Shown here: piece by piece, positions 24,766 to 39,700 of the stretch | Numbering within the stretch: position 1 is the first letter of the stretch | How the letters are laid out: every line of letters starts with the position of its first letter | Assembly: GCA_046563655.1 (NCBI GenBank) | Contig: CM102290.1 | Location: 1,488,001-1,552,000, forward strand | Source: Yuukianura sp. NJ FZ-2021 | Lineage: Eukaryota | Length of the DNA stretch: 64,000 nt | Direction: 5' to 3' | Position numbers and translations under genes: made by a program | The notes under the pieces: model-generated | Seen by the model: the letters and a program-made list of their open reading frames with translations, nothing else | Told to the model about the DNA's origin: nothing | The model's database searches: none

Positions 24766-27700
24766 CTGAAGACAAACAATATTTTGTTAAACAAATTCCT
24801 TAGTTAATTACTGTAGGTGCGGCACGCAGGTTCGCCCAGCGCCAACATTCAAAACCAAAATACGTCACTTTTCAAATTTTCTAACTTTTTCTTTTTCAAA
24901 AACTTGCACTCGATGATTCGACACTCAAAGTTCATGGAAAAAATTTGTCACAAAACATTTGCAACGCAACATTGAACCTATTGTATCTCAAACTGTAAGA
25001 TGCTCTTTGGCAAAATGGTTTTTCCTTTGTTTTCCCCGGTGTGCTGCCAAGGCATTTAGCAACATTTTAGCAAAACTTAGGCCATTTTTGCACAAAACTA
25101 AACTTGCCGCGTGCTTTTGTCAGCCTTTAAACAGTTTAGCGTCGAGTAGAAGCCCTTGACCTTACTGAGTTGCAGGCCTTGTTCCACCCTTAAGGTTGAC
25201 CGTGTAAGGGATGAGGGTTGTTGAGACTAGAGTGAACCGTCATAGAGGGGCACTCGTTCGGAACTAGAGGAGAAAGTGGAGAAAAGCCACTTTTGTGCCT
25301 CAGAACGGGGAAGGAAGGTGGTGAAGGTGCGGGTAAAGGATTTACCCCAGCCAAAAACCCAAGTTCACATGCGTGTGCAGTTAAATTAAAGTACACCCAA
25401 AACTGCGGTGTTTCTCCAGAACCACGGTCGTGTTTCCCTGAGTAGTCTCATGGCATTGACAGACTAGGCGATTCAGTTGCCACCGACATTAATTTCAATA
25501 CCAAGAGGTTTCTGCGGCCCGTTTTAAACGGACCGCCAAAACGATCCTTAATTGACCAACAGATTGACATCCCGTGTCATTAATTATTACAACTCCGTCA
25601 GTTTCAATGGACCCCAAACTGCACTGCCTCTTAGGCCCTCAACAACATGCACTTTTCCAAAGGATACTTTCAAAAACGGAGCTTTATTTGTTACCTAATC
25701 CAACCAGCACCCAATCCTACTTCGCTTCAATACGAAAATGTTTTTCTGATGCTCCGTTTTCCCTAAGGCTACTTTTCCCATTGGCGAAAGTTCCCTCTGC
25801 TGCTAGAACTACAACGCTAGAAAAGGATGAGGTGCAAGAGAATGAGAATTGCGATGAACTAGGCCTGGCTGAATAATTGATTACCTCTGGTCCTGTGTCT
25901 AGTTTAAGAACTAATGTTTTGTTGACAGGGTAGGAGTGACCTTCCCAGAGGGTAAAACCCTCCAGAATCAAGTTATTATTAACCTATTTGACAAATGATT
26001 CCAAGTCTTGTTTAGTGAAAGCACATAACATCTAACTTAAGTAGGAGGGAGACAGGGTGTGATTTCAGGCGATTAGAGACAAAGTAATCTGAGCCCTTGG
26101 AAACACACTTCTTCAAAAGTGAGCAGAGATTTGGCCGGTGCTTTCTACACAGAAGAAAGTCAGGGACAATGAATGCTATGCTGCAGGGTCCAATCCAGGA
26201 ATGGGCCCCTTGGGCCCCATTGACTTCTTCCTTACACGACGAAAGCTCTGTTTTCGAACCTTCCAAGGATTTTCACCACTTTCCTTAACCAATTCAACTG
26301 CACCGTGGCTCTTCCAATTTTCAAAAACAAAAAAGAAAATTGACAAATTGAGGTAGAACGACAAAGTTTAAGAGTTTGTAGTACAAGGAGAAAGGTGAGG
26401 AGAAAGTTAGGTTTAGAATAACCAGCTAAAAAAAACGGTTTCGCAGGGTCAATGACCCTGTTTCCTAATATACTTTTTTTTTTCAGGAAAATTAAACAAA
26501 TTGGTTTTGAAATGAAAGCGAGAGCAAAGGAGCGGGATGAGGTTCACAATTGTTGCCAAAATGTAAATGGCAAGGATTTTCAACAAAAGCAATTCCTTCC
26601 TAGTCAACTTGTCAAGACGCTTTAAGTCTTAAGTCCGTAAGCCCAAATCTCAAATCCCTGATGCCCTTTACTTACTGAAAATAGGATTCGCTTTGACTCC
26701 GTTTCAAAATCCAGTTCGATTTCGGCTTTGTAAAACGAAACAAAGAGGCGCTGGTCATTTATTTCATTAAGGACGAAAGATTTTTTGATTAATTTGATAG
26801 AGACCGTAGAAAAAGCGTTAATGAGCTTTTGTTGTTCTACTCTTCGCTTCCATGGGCAGGATAAGAGCATAAAGTGATAAGACGCTAAATAAAAATTTTA
26901 AGGTGACCACGTAAACTCGAAGCCACTTTTCACCCAACAGCCAATTTCAAAAATAGTTTCGCTTCGCCTTAAAATCTGAACGTTCAAACTGCTTTTTGCC
27001 GCTTTTTTGTATATTAGCTCACAAAGTAGCGAAAGCAAACGTTAGGTTATTAAAATGATGAGTGGAGGAGTTCAGTCTAGTTTGATTTCTCGATACGCTT
27101 AAGCTCTGTAAAATGGAAATACGTAAAGACACAACAAAAGCTCGAGTAGCTGAACCTTGACTGGGAACAGCTTGCCAACCTACATTTTATTCAAAAGTCA
27201 AAAAAGTTCCCGGGGTTTTTGGCCATGTCAGAGGTCAGCTGGAGCTGGACAATCGTGTGTCAGAGAGATATAGACATTAGATTTGGTCCAAGGCTCAAAA
27301 TGACACTGTCCCAGCTGTCGTCCAGAACCTGAGACTGCTATCCACTGTTCAATAACCTCTTGACTTCCATGCCCTTATGCTATGGATCCATCATGCATTA
27401 TGTTCTGCTTGACTCAGCAATTGTGAGGTCTAAATTGGACTTGGACTGTGTTCTCCATCCAAGTGTAGTTGAGCAGTTGTGAATATGGATATGAGCTCTA
27501 CTTTCACCAACCTCGTCAATCTGAGTAGGATTCCATGTAGTGAGTGTGCCTCTGTTGCCATCATACCCTAATCTTGAATCTTCCCACCGGAAATAGAAGA
27601 CAAAGTTGAGCCATAGAGCAAGTTAGGGAAGCGAGGCTACAGAGCGATTTGTCAAAACGACATCGAACCACTCTATCGATGATGCAATCAACATCCAACG

Positions 27701-30700
27701 CTAAGACCAGAGTAACTTGGATACCAACGAAATTATTACAAAACAGTAGAATTTACTTGTTTCAGAAACTGTTTACTCAATGTCACAAGTTACACGAGAT
27801 TTTGGTTCAATGCAACCAATTTCACTCAGCACATTTTTCTCTTTCACTAGTTTTCTTAGACAAAGAATGCTACAAAACGCCACTGTACAAGGATCCTTAA
27901 CTGAATCCAATTCAGTCAATTTGAAAAGCAAAAGGAAATGATACCAAAATCCGTTCATGCTCAACCGAACATTTTATCTGCTCATGGGAAGAAACCAATC
28001 CACCAATTTATTCTGTTATTCATAACTAAAAAAATAATAATAATAAAATGCTACAAAACTCAAAGTATGAAAATCAAAATTCCTTGTCACATTTTCTCAA
28101 AGTGAAAGTAGATTATGACAATGGGATTTGTGTCATTAGGACTAGAAATGACAAAGGAACAGAGTTATTCTTGCTACGACTAGGGTTATATCCTTCCAGA
28201 CGAAATTTCCCTAACTGAATTACAATTCAATTAACGTGACGAAGACTGAAGCAGAAGTCCACGTGACCTGATAAACATTCCCACAACTGCAACCAATTTT
28301 CTTCGAGGCAAATCAAATCATGGAACCCAGTTCCGCAAACCAACTTCGTCTAGCGTGATAAATCAATTCTGAGATCATTCAGAACAAATATCGTAACATT
28401 CAGACTGTGCTTTCTTCTTGTTACGCAATGCAACAATCGCAAGGACCTCCAAATCAATACAAATTTCAAACCAACAACAGAATTTCATCAATACTTAAGA
28501 AATCACTCAAGAAATTATGAAATTGTGTTTTACTTTTTTTTAAACTTGTTAAATATGTGTCTGAAAAGGTACTTATATTATTTTGTATAATTATTCTGGA
28601 AAAAATAATTGTGTATTTAGCGTCCAAAATGCAGAGATAAAAGTGAGGCACGAAAATTGATTATTTGGATGCGTCTTGCTCTCTATTTGGACTCGAGAAC
28701 TGTCAAAAGTGAAAGTCAAGGCTACACTTTCCCTCGTTCACAACGTCATTATTTTTTCGCTATTTTTATGGAACGTCACTTTTCCACTAGACAGATGGAG
28801 ACAATGCTACCTTCCAGAATGTAGACATTTCAAAATATTTTCCCCCCAATTCAGCAACAAAAAATAACTGGAAGACGCTGAACAGAACACTCTGAAATGC
28901 TTCTTTTTTCTTCCTCCAGAAGCGGGAAAGATGAAATCAGAAAAATCGTGAACAAAAAAAAAAGACTGGGAGGTTTGAATTTGGCATGAATTATTTTCCT
29001 TTCCGCTTACATCAGACAATCAGCTTTGTTTGACATCCTCCTCCAACTGTTCATTTTTGATATATATGTTTGTGTTCTAGGAATATGCTCGTGGATCCCA
29101 AATTTGTCTAAAATTAGACTTTGAGATTGAAATCGCACGAAAATTCAAAGAGCAGGTGAAAACTAAAGAAAAAAAGAGAGAGTTTCTTTTCCCTCTGAAG
29201 TTTAGTTTTAGGACGTCAAGTCCACGTCCAAAAATGGACAGACACGGTGAAAAACTACTGGAAGTCTGGAGACTCCAAAGTTTCTTTCCTTCAAACAACA
29301 GTGAAAGTGAAGATGCGTTCCAGGAGATAGGATAGACAGTGAAGGATTTTTGAAGGAAGGCAGTCAACTTCGACCGTAGGATTTGCCAGAATGTGATTGA
29401 AGGACTTCCTGGAGGCAAATAAATCGGAAAACTTTTAAAAGTGAAACTAGATTTCTCCTGCTGAGGCTAAGGGATTCCACTAGTAAGAATTTATGCTGAA
29501 GGTAACATTTCATACAACGGGGCCAAAGGGATGCCTCTTTCCATCTAATTCTTTGAACAAAACTAAAAAAAAGTAAAAGTAAGGAAGAGCTTCTCTCCTT
29601 CCATCTACATAACTCCATGCTAAAAGTAAAAGTAGACAAGGAGGAAGGAGTAACCCGCCAAATTCAAAATCAATTCATTCAAATGCTTTTCTCGAAAGAA
29701 CGGAACTTTTGGTCCTCAAATTGCCCGTTTCCATTCAGATCGATCCTTCAAAACTCAAATCTAGAAAATGTTTCAGTGTTCGCCTTTTTGAAAATAGACG
29801 TTTTGCATCAATGTAGCCCAATTTCCGTTGAGCGTTTGTTCAAACAAGAATTTGGAACAAAAAAAGAAAGAATATCAAACTCAACCTAACCATAAAGTTA
29901 AGTTAGGGCCAAATCTAAAATGGAATTTTCAAATTCAGACTGTTTGTAAACCCAGAAGCTCCAAATCTTTATGAAATCTTAAGCGAAACTTTATCTTTTC
30001 TAGTAAAATTTTTTAGTTATGTTGCTACATTAGGTTTAAAATTTGAGGCGTTGAAGAACTGTTTGTTTTGAAAAATTGTAAAAAGGTTGGAACTTTTTGT
30101 TGAAATTAGATTTTCGCATGTCACCTTGGTTTGATTGTTGGTTTAAATAATAAAAAATTATGGTTCAAAGTTAATGTTTTTGTGCACCCTGGTTACCGTT
30201 GGAAAGGAGCCTATACAGTTCTAAAAGAGCTAAAAGTTCAACCCATGTCGTCTCCATTTTCTGTATGTAACTCTCAAGCCCTTAAAGTTTACAGAATTAT
30301 AGTGTACATGAAATTCTTTGAAAGGCGTATTTTGTGTGCAAATTAGAGCGTACATTCCTGTGGCGTGGAGCTTATAACTTGCACTTGTAGATCTCTCCCT
30401 GGAAATTGAGTGCAAGCGATCCCCCATTGGTTAGGTTTCCGCTTACGGTATTTAATGGACTCTACATCATAAAGTTTCCGATGAGAAATGAACCTTACGT
30501 TTTAGGTTAGGCGAACCTGAAGGTTAGGTTAACACAACCTCTAGCCACTAACACTGAATTCTTCAAAGACGGAAATGACCTAAGCCAACGTCTTAACTTT
30601 TCGCAAATCTAAAACGATTTATTCAGTCTTTGACCTTCTGCTGGACCCCCGGTGCTCTCATTCAACTGGATACAAATTTCATCTGAACCGCGTTTTAAAT

Positions 30701-33700
30701 TGTTCTTTCAAATAAATTGTTAAAGCTAAAACCCACTTTAAAATAGGGTTTGAGCTGTGAACCATGTCAGCAGCATCAACGTAAAGAAAAAGTTTAGTTC
30801 ATGCGAATTGATCCCTGAAAGCCATGAAACAATAAATGCAGGTCGCTTATCCCTCCCGAGAGAAGTTTTACGGAAGTTGTGTAAGGACTCGGATCAAAGC
30901 CCAGTTCTTTTCCACCAAAACTGTATCAAAGGTCTGCACCGTCAAGAAAACCTTGCGACGCCAACCAACGCTTATTTTGCAACTCGGTCACGAAACTTCG
31001 TTCTCCATCTTCCAATGTAGGCAGAACTTGGGAAAAGTGTGCGAAGGAGACCAGCGGAGAAAGCGAGAGAAAGTGGAGTCTTAGCTCAATTTTCTTTGAA
31101 AACTAAGAGAAAGGAGCCGTCCATTACTTATTGTAAACTATTATTTTTGTGCTCAGTTTTGGATGCGATAGCACTACCAACACTCTTTTTTCCCAGCTAG
31201 AAGTGCTTCTCGTCCCCTCTTAACGCCTGGTGCCCAAGTCCATCAAAACCCTATTATGGCTCAGAGAACTTAATAGGCGGTTAGGTTAGGTTTTAGCTGC
31301 CTTCCAGTATGATGGCTTTTCTTCCGCATTCCCGCTTTCCCCACTAGTTCCACTGCACGCAACCTTCCTTCTCCGCTCATACATCAAACTGACGACGATA
31401 AGGACAGGAACAAGGACGACTTCATACGCAACGTCCTCCGTATCATTTTTTAACAACACAAAGTCCTTTCTGCCAAAATTCTGGAACGGAGTCCTTGTCT
31501 CTTTTTTTAAAGGAGAAAACCTACAAGTCCTCTCTTCTTTTTGAACAAAAGCGGTTTTAAATTATTCATTACTGCCATTCAAGAACTTGTGTTCACAATA
31601 AATCTTGAACTTTGGCTGAACATTTCCGCCAAAATCCTAAAACTCTTGGTTCCTTTTCTTTTGAGCACGCTTTCTCCACTCATCAAAATGACTAGTGTAC
31701 TATAGGCAGTAGTGCCCAACACTCACAGCAAGAAATCGGATGTCTACAATAATTTTCTGCTACATTTCGTTTACAAAATGACCACAACAGCACCAAGAAA
31801 AAAGAAAACAAATTACTACAACATGAAAAACCAAATTTTTCTGTTTTGCAAAAGTTTGAGCTTTGACCTTTCCTTTTAAGCAAAAATTTTAAGCTGCAAG
31901 AGAAAATCCCACAACCTAAGAAAAATTAGTGTATTGAAAACAACGTTTAAAATACAACTTAGCATGAAAGGGCTAGGGAATAAAAAAATTTAAGTTACTG
32001 CATTTTCGGCAACAAAATATTTACATCCTAAAAAAAAGTACAAAAATAAAATTTTTACTTTTGAAATTATCTGATTGTAGCTCAGTTTCAAAGAAAAGTT
32101 TGTGCTTTGAGAAAACAGAATTTTGAACCAATTAATTTTTACCAACAGTTGGGAACTGGCCAGCCTTGAGTAAGTTAAGCAAACATGTCCTTGAGTTGAC
32201 CTTTGTCCTACAATTGCGTACTACATCGCATGCAATCTTGTACTCACTCTCTCCTAATATGTCTCAGAGGTTGATATGGTAGGAAAAACGTTTATAAGTT
32301 TCTTGGCCAGAGACTTCCAACACGCAAAAACCTTTCAGCTATTATTATTCTGTTCTCATTCAATTAAATTCATAAGGAAATCTTGTTACTTTCTTCCAGG
32401 AGAAAGTTCACAACATTTTAATCCCACCAAAGTGACACGAGACTATCTGGCCCCACTGGAACCCTCTGCCTCCCTCTCTTACTTCAGTTTTCATGAAACT
32501 AGGAACAGGTAAACACGGGAACTTCCCGAAGGCTCTTTTCATAGACTCATAATTCAAAATTTGCACTTTTCTAATCCCGGGATTCACCTTCCTTTCATCT
32601 CCTCACTTCCACTGTCTTAGCCATTATTGTCTTCTGTCAAAGGGAACAAGGAATGACAATGAGATGGAAATTAAATTTCCAAGTCACCTCCTGCTAGTTA
32701 CTCCCTCCAACAAACCACCGTGTGACATCTAGCGGCCAAACTGAACAAACTTTTACCTAATCCTGTTTTTCCTTAAAACTGATTCGGGGCGCAGGTGAAA
32801 GTTTACTTTCTCCAGATTCGCTTCCACTGCCATCTACCGCCGAGAACATGATATATGGTGTTTGTGTTGGAAAAAAAAAAAGGAAATCCTTGGCCTCGGC
32901 GAAAGTACTACGCAGCATCCAAATCAAACACTTTCTAAACAGATGACTACCTTGCACACTGCACAGGACACGCTGAGTCTATTTGTCAGTGAAGATTTCT
33001 TTTGATACTGTAAAATATTTGTTTTGAAAGTATTTGACGGCCGTCATATATAATTATGACTTTTTTTAAAATGAGAATTGATATCTAGAATTTTGAATTT
33101 TGGACTCTCTAGAGAGCTAATTAGTCCCCACACACAAAACTTTGATAGAAAGCTCTGCGTATCGAAGCCGAAAATAAGACATTAAGCAGGCAAATTTCGA
33201 AATAGTACTGCCTGTAAATCCATCAATTTTCATTAAAAACATTACAAATCGAAGAAAAAAAAAGATAATGGCATAAGATTTGTTGGATTTCAAAAGTTTT
33301 TATAAACAACTAATTCACAAAATTCACAACTACTACTAATCACCAAATGCATTGATTATCTTCAAAAACTTTCGCTCGAGTTATCGGTTTCTGTTAAGAA
33401 AAAAAAATCAAGCACCTCCTGTGTGTGTTTAAATTGAAAGTTCCAAAAGGTTAATCGAAAATTTAAGCGCCAAGTTTCGAAATTTTGGAAATTGTACCTA
33501 AGAATAATATCAACGACCAAGCACACCTTGCGAGTCCGCACTCGGCAAAGCGAAGTTTAAGTTAGCTTTTTGCATCGGAGAAAGGCGTTAGCTTTCTCGA
33601 ACGTCCGGCAGCTGGCGCTAACACCGCAATTCTCTTCCAAGACTAAGCAGTGGCTCTCCCTGCAGAACTTTTAGCTGAACCTCGCTTTTTTAGGGACAGC

Positions 33701-36700
33701 TTCCTTGCTTTAAACGACAGAGCGAAGCTGCATTTGATTTCGACTAAAGAAACCCTAACTTTGTCCGCCGAAGTTAGTGAAAGCACTTTGCTACAAGCTG
33801 TATTTGTCATAAGCAGTCGCAGGGCTTCCCTGAAATTAAGTCTATTGGATTAGTGTAGCTCTTTGGAAAAGTCTTAATACCACAATGATTCAAATAATTG
33901 ACTAAAAGTTTACGTGAACAAAACAAAACCACAATTTGATTTGGTCTCCTTCTGTGTTTCTGGTGGAAAGCAAAGAAAGTTTCTACTTCTGTTCCCCCCT
34001 CCTCCAACCGTTTTAATTGATTTCGATGAGGAACAGCAGCAGACTTTTGACGGTACAATTGTTTTTCCAATTGAATTCTTAATTTCTCCTATTTTCCTGC
34101 AGTTTAACATTGTATCTTACACTGTAAAATGAACTGTCTTCCCTTCGTATATGAATGTACATATATGTAACCAAAGTTGTTAAAATATTGTCGTTCACAT
34201 TGGCACAATTAAACTAAAGTCAGTAAGCTGTTAAAGGAAGCTATTAAAAAAAGCTAAGAAAACATTTTTCAAGTTTTCTTTTCAATTTGTAAGGTAGTAC
34301 AAGTCATTTCTAATCCCACGTGCGGAACGTGGAAAAATAAACCATGAAAAGACGTTTTCTTTTCAAAAGTGTCAAACTTGACCCAAAACTTTCCGCTCTT
34401 TAAAAAAAACAACTGTTGTCTTCGGGAAATTTTTTTTTTAACTTCTGACATTTTGGGGGCATTTTAAACTATTTTCAATCGTTTTTTTAACAAAATTCAG
34501 ACATTTAACAAAAATTTCATCGTAAACACAAGTGCGTAAACCCAAATATGAGTTTGGTTGGAGTTATGAGTTATGAGTAACAGTCAACGAAGAGCAATTA
34601 TTGTTTTAGTCGCTTAAGGTTGTCAAAAATAAGTTGCTAAGTTCAAGTTGTTACAAAAAAGAAATTATTTCAAACAATTGTTTTCTGAAGAAGAATTCTA
34701 TTTCTATGCCCAAAGTGGAATTTTCGCTCCAAGAAAAACGAGACATTTTTTTTAGCGAGATCTAGTAGCATTGGAGTTTAAATGGCGTCTATCGTGCCAT
34801 TGCGTGAAGCATGGGTTTGTTTGAGGTTGTGAATTTATTACTTCCATATTGTCAGAGTCGTTTAAAATGCCTTTAAATCCCATTTATTTATATCCTACTG
34901 CTTTTTGAGTCTTCCCAGTCCAGTTGAGCCATAATTCATTGTGGTGGTTATGGTACGAAAACGAGAGTAGCCGTATAGAGACCCACCAAATATCCACCGA
35001 GGATCAAAAACCTACTTTCAAAATATCCAATTCAAACACTACAACCCTCTCCTGTCTATTTACGCAGACAACACAATTCCCCAGTTCAAAACCAAACTCT
35101 TTTCTCCAAGAAAACAAGAAAATACTCGATTCCCGTAAGAAGCAACAAGAATCCAGCATCTTCTGTAGCACTCAATCGAATGGAAACAGAAAAGAAATAG
35201 CGATCCAATTGCCCCGTCATTGGAAACCCACCCTAAGAAAACAGGCATTAAATATGTAGCATCAATCCAATGGGTTATTATGCCCACGTCAGATCAATTT
35301 TCCCTCTATCCTGTACGTTTTTCCCAAGGCAAGGGTGGGACTTCAGAGTAGGAGCGCTTACAAGAACTTTCTCCATGGCAAAGGAAACTGGACAAGTGTA
35401 GGTGAATATTAATTTTAGTACAACCTTAACTCCCGCACTTCCCGTAGAGCGACTAACAAAAATTACTACAGGAAATTGGACCAAATGATTTCCGTCTTCA
35501 TTCTATGAAGACGGAAATTCATGCAACTTATGAGGCAAACCCAAGTCCTCTCATGTTCAATTATTGTTAAAAGGCAGAAGTCGGTGAATTGGAAATGTAA
35601 AAACTCGCCCTCCGAAGACTTCTCGTTCCCACCCGAATTGTTACAACATCAGAACACTTTTCCAAAGTTTGTAAACAAAAAAAAACTTTTTCTACGCACC
35701 AGGTTTTCCAATAACTGGAAGTTTTAAAATTTGTTTGAAAAAAAAAATCTGCCTTTCTATGGTAATTTTTTGCATGTAATGTTAAACGGGATTGGAGCAG
35801 AAATTTGTATGAAGATTCTTGGAAAACCTGAGGTATTGGACAACCTGTGAAGGAACCTTGCACTTTTCCCTTATCGCGATTTATGCCAAGGTATAGGTTA
35901 GGTAAAGCATAACAAATTTGACTTACAAAGACCTACGTACTACTACACTTTTGTCACCCAGTTCAACGAACGCTTGTCATGTGACTTACTCAATGCCACA
36001 GTGTGAAATAGGTTTTCAGAATTCAGATTATTTATTTAGTAAATTCCATTATGTGGAAAGTGTGAAAGGAAACACTGTGAAAGTAAGTGCCAAAAAACAC
36101 ATGCCGAAAGAAATTGAAAATTCACTGTGCGTGAATTAACCTGTTAGCACAACTTAAAACTAATACAATAACTACATTTCAAAATAAAAACAAAACTGCT
36201 TCTTTTGGTTAGCATTTGAGCGCACCGAAAATTTCGAAAGAAGAAAAATATCTTTCTATATCTTTCCATAAAAAATATAAGTCCATAGAGTTCTTCCAAA
36301 AATAAAGACTGAATTATTTATCCGTTCAAGGCGTAGTTTTAGCACGCTCTATTCTCACGGAAGAAAAAGTACTATGACTGTATGCCGCATTTCAATGTCC
36401 TCTCGCCTTAATATTTTTTTTTCTTGGAAAAGTTTACTTACCAAAGAAAGCAAACGGACGGCAAAAAATAAATTTGCAACGCACTTTTTCCGTAGTTGCA
36501 AAAAAAAAGAAAGAAAGAAAGCCTGTGATGCCGTACTCATGTGCTAAATTAAAAAAAAGTCGTAATGCTAAAAATGACATTTTCGCGTGCAGAGCCTTCA
36601 TCTTGCAAACTGCAGACCATTTTCCAGAGAAGTCACATTCCATGTAAAGTCTTTTACCTTGCTTCTTTGAATATGCACTACCCAACCCAATACAACGATA

Positions 36701-39700
36701 GAAGGGTTTACTAATCCAAAGAATCCAGCAGGGAATCGGAGTCTACTCCTTAGGCTAAGGGTCAATTCATGTCCAGAACTTATTGACACGCATGGAAAAC
36801 CCCCACCCCTAATTTCCCCTCCTCCCCCAAACTACAAAAAAAAACCTAAAAAAAGAAAACTACAACCTTCTCAATCTGAGGGCTTTCTCCACTTTCACTG
36901 TCGTGATTCCTTACTTCCGCAATACCCTCAATGCTCACTTTTCCACTGCCTCAAAATGCACAAATAAAGTACTGGGGAGTTCGAGCAGCCGGATTTCCAG
37001 GTTTCTTGATTTTTTTTTCCAAGATATGTTAAAGTATTTAGCAGCATATAAATTCTGCCCTGGAAAAAGCGCACGGACGCACAAGTTTTATCCCAGCACA
37101 GTACACTGGAGACACACGGTTTCATTGAGTCAGCGAGGCATGTCCCTTGTGTGAACCTCATGTCACGACTCTCACGGCTTTCGCTACACAAAAAAAAAGC
37201 CGACCTGCAAAAGCTCATCAGAAACAATATCAGTTTTGGCCATCTCTTTCAAACACGAAAACATGCTCACAACGTCAGTTCTTTCCCGCCTTACTAAAAC
37301 TTTGCTACGTAAAAATAACACGGTAAAGGTGTCTCCACTTCGTTTCCATCAAAAACCTCTGCTTTTGCTTCACATGAGCCTACAACTATCTAACTACAAT
37401 GCAGCAAGTTGTGATGGCCATCAATTCCAAAATTTCTAAAACAAAAACACGTTTTGTTTCTTTTTTTTTTTCTTAAAGCAAATTGTATTTTGTAAAATTC
37501 ATATTCACAGCAGCATCTCTACCTACATACAGTGAGAGATCCAAACTCTTGCAAGTAACTGGACTGATGATGAATAATTTGGAGCTTTTGTCCATGACGC
37601 AGCGCGAAGTTAACGTAGTACACGCTCCGAGGCAAACTTCTTCTTCGTTACGATTATGAATGAAGAGTTACCCTCGTTCCCTAGCATATTCTTCTAAATA
37701 TTGGGTACTTGGAAGGAAAAGTGGTCCCAACAGGTTTTTCAGGGGTTTTTGAAGACGTACTCAACAGAAAGGAAGTCTTCCTTATGTTTCATGGAAGTCA
37801 GAGGTGAGGAAATCCTCGATGCCAATACCTTATCTCAACCATTCTAGCCCTGAAGTGTCTCCGTTGAGAATAAGTAAGAGGAAGTAAAGTAACGTCCATC
37901 AAAACAAAAACTTTGTGCGGAACGTCAATAGCCCTATCTTCATTTCATCACTTCCCACACAAATGCCTTTCGGGGAAACACAAGAAAAAAATATAATAAA
38001 AATAAAGAAACCCTGCAGAAGTAACAGAGCGAATTTTTCCTCAGGCCTTTAGCTTTCTTTTCCAAAAATTTACATTACGAACGTAATGGCTTAATTTTTT
38101 TGAAACAGAAAATAAAAAGCAACAAAACCTTTCAAAATTTTGAAAAACGTTCACCGCTGCTGATAGAGCATCAAAGTTCTAATTCCCTTTATTTGTAGAG
38201 TTTTCCCCTATGAATTCTTTTGTAAAAAGGACTCGGAATGAAATTGTTCCTCTGCATGGTTTATTGGTCCCAATTCAAGAATAAGCTCAAAACCTTTATT
38301 ATCCCAAAACCCAGTTTGTAGCAAAAACATTCAGATTCTTAGTAGTAATGGAGCACTTAATTAACGGAAAGTTGCAACATTTTCTGTTTAGTGTTCAAAA
38401 GTTGTCATTTCCAAAGACAATAGGCAACGAAACTCACGAAACAATAGAAAACGCGCCTACTCCCAAGCAGTTACATCCATTTCAGAAACGAGCAATATTT
38501 CAAAAGGAGATTATACAAATGGAGGAAATTTGTAGTTAAAACTTACAAAATTGGTTCTAAAAAAAAACAAAAGCTTGGAGGCATCTTTATTTCACTCCAG
38601 AACCAATCAAACGGATACGAAAATTTTTTAACTTTTAATACAGTTAGTCCGTTGACACTATTTTCTTCCTTCGTTCATTTCAGTAACCAAACAACTAATT
38701 CTAAATTCCAAATTCAAGTTTTCAAAATCATGCCTGGCGATATTCCGATATTTCAAATTACCAAATTGAAAGAAAAACATTTTCCCAGAAGTGAAACCGG
38801 AACAGCTTTATAAATTGAAATTTTCTAAATCACGACTAAAACCAACAATTAGCAAAAGGAAATACCACAGTTTCTGCGTCTTCAAAACAAAAACCACTTC
38901 ATTTTGTGTATTCCCACCACTTTTTAGTGGAGGTAAAGTAAAATTAAAGAAGGAAACTCTATAAATGGTAGAAAATTAGCGTGGGATGCTAAGGAAACAA
39001 ACAATGGAATGGAATGCTTCTCGTTCACAAAGCAAAGGAGAGGAGAGGCGTAAATTGAGTTAATTAACAGAATCGTCTTCTTAGTTTTATGAGCACAACA
39101 TTTCCACTGAACAAAGGCAAAGAGACCTATTATATTCCACGTTGAATAACAACATAGTGTAGAATCAGTTTAAAAAAATATAAACTAATTTCAAAAACGT
39201 AAAAAAAAAACTAAAATACGACCCATTCTGCATGCTTTTCATCAACATTCTCATTTTTGAAACAAACAAGTCAACTTTTGGCTCTCTTCTGGGGGTCTTT
39301 TGATTGTTGTGACAGAGTTAACAGCAGCTCTTACTTAAGTATTATTTCATTTCCAAAACGCCTAAGCACGAACACAATAGGCAGAGAGGTGGAACGACTA
39401 ACGAAACATAACATTTCCAGTCCGTTTGTATTGAAACTTAATAATACGACGTGTTTTTGCTAATTTCACATCATAACGTACGTTCTTAAGCACGCGGAAG
39501 TTTAGTGAGACCATAATTTATCAGTGTCAAAGTAACAGTTATGGAAAACAATGACGAAAGGGCGGGGGAAGGCAGGAAACGGACATTGTTCACTTTCTAA
39601 TTAACAAGTCGGTCTTAGACTGTCGTCGGCCCGGCATTTCGCCAGATGAAACCAATAGACAAATAAATACTGCTGTAAATTACTTTGAGGAGGAGTTCCA

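Noticed and set aside
25514..25537. GC-rich hairpin GCGGCCCGTTT-T-AAACGGACCGC as a Helitron 3' end or terminator
   Set aside because: No CTRR terminus at the expected distance on either strand; intrinsic terminators are not relevant to this eukaryotic context.
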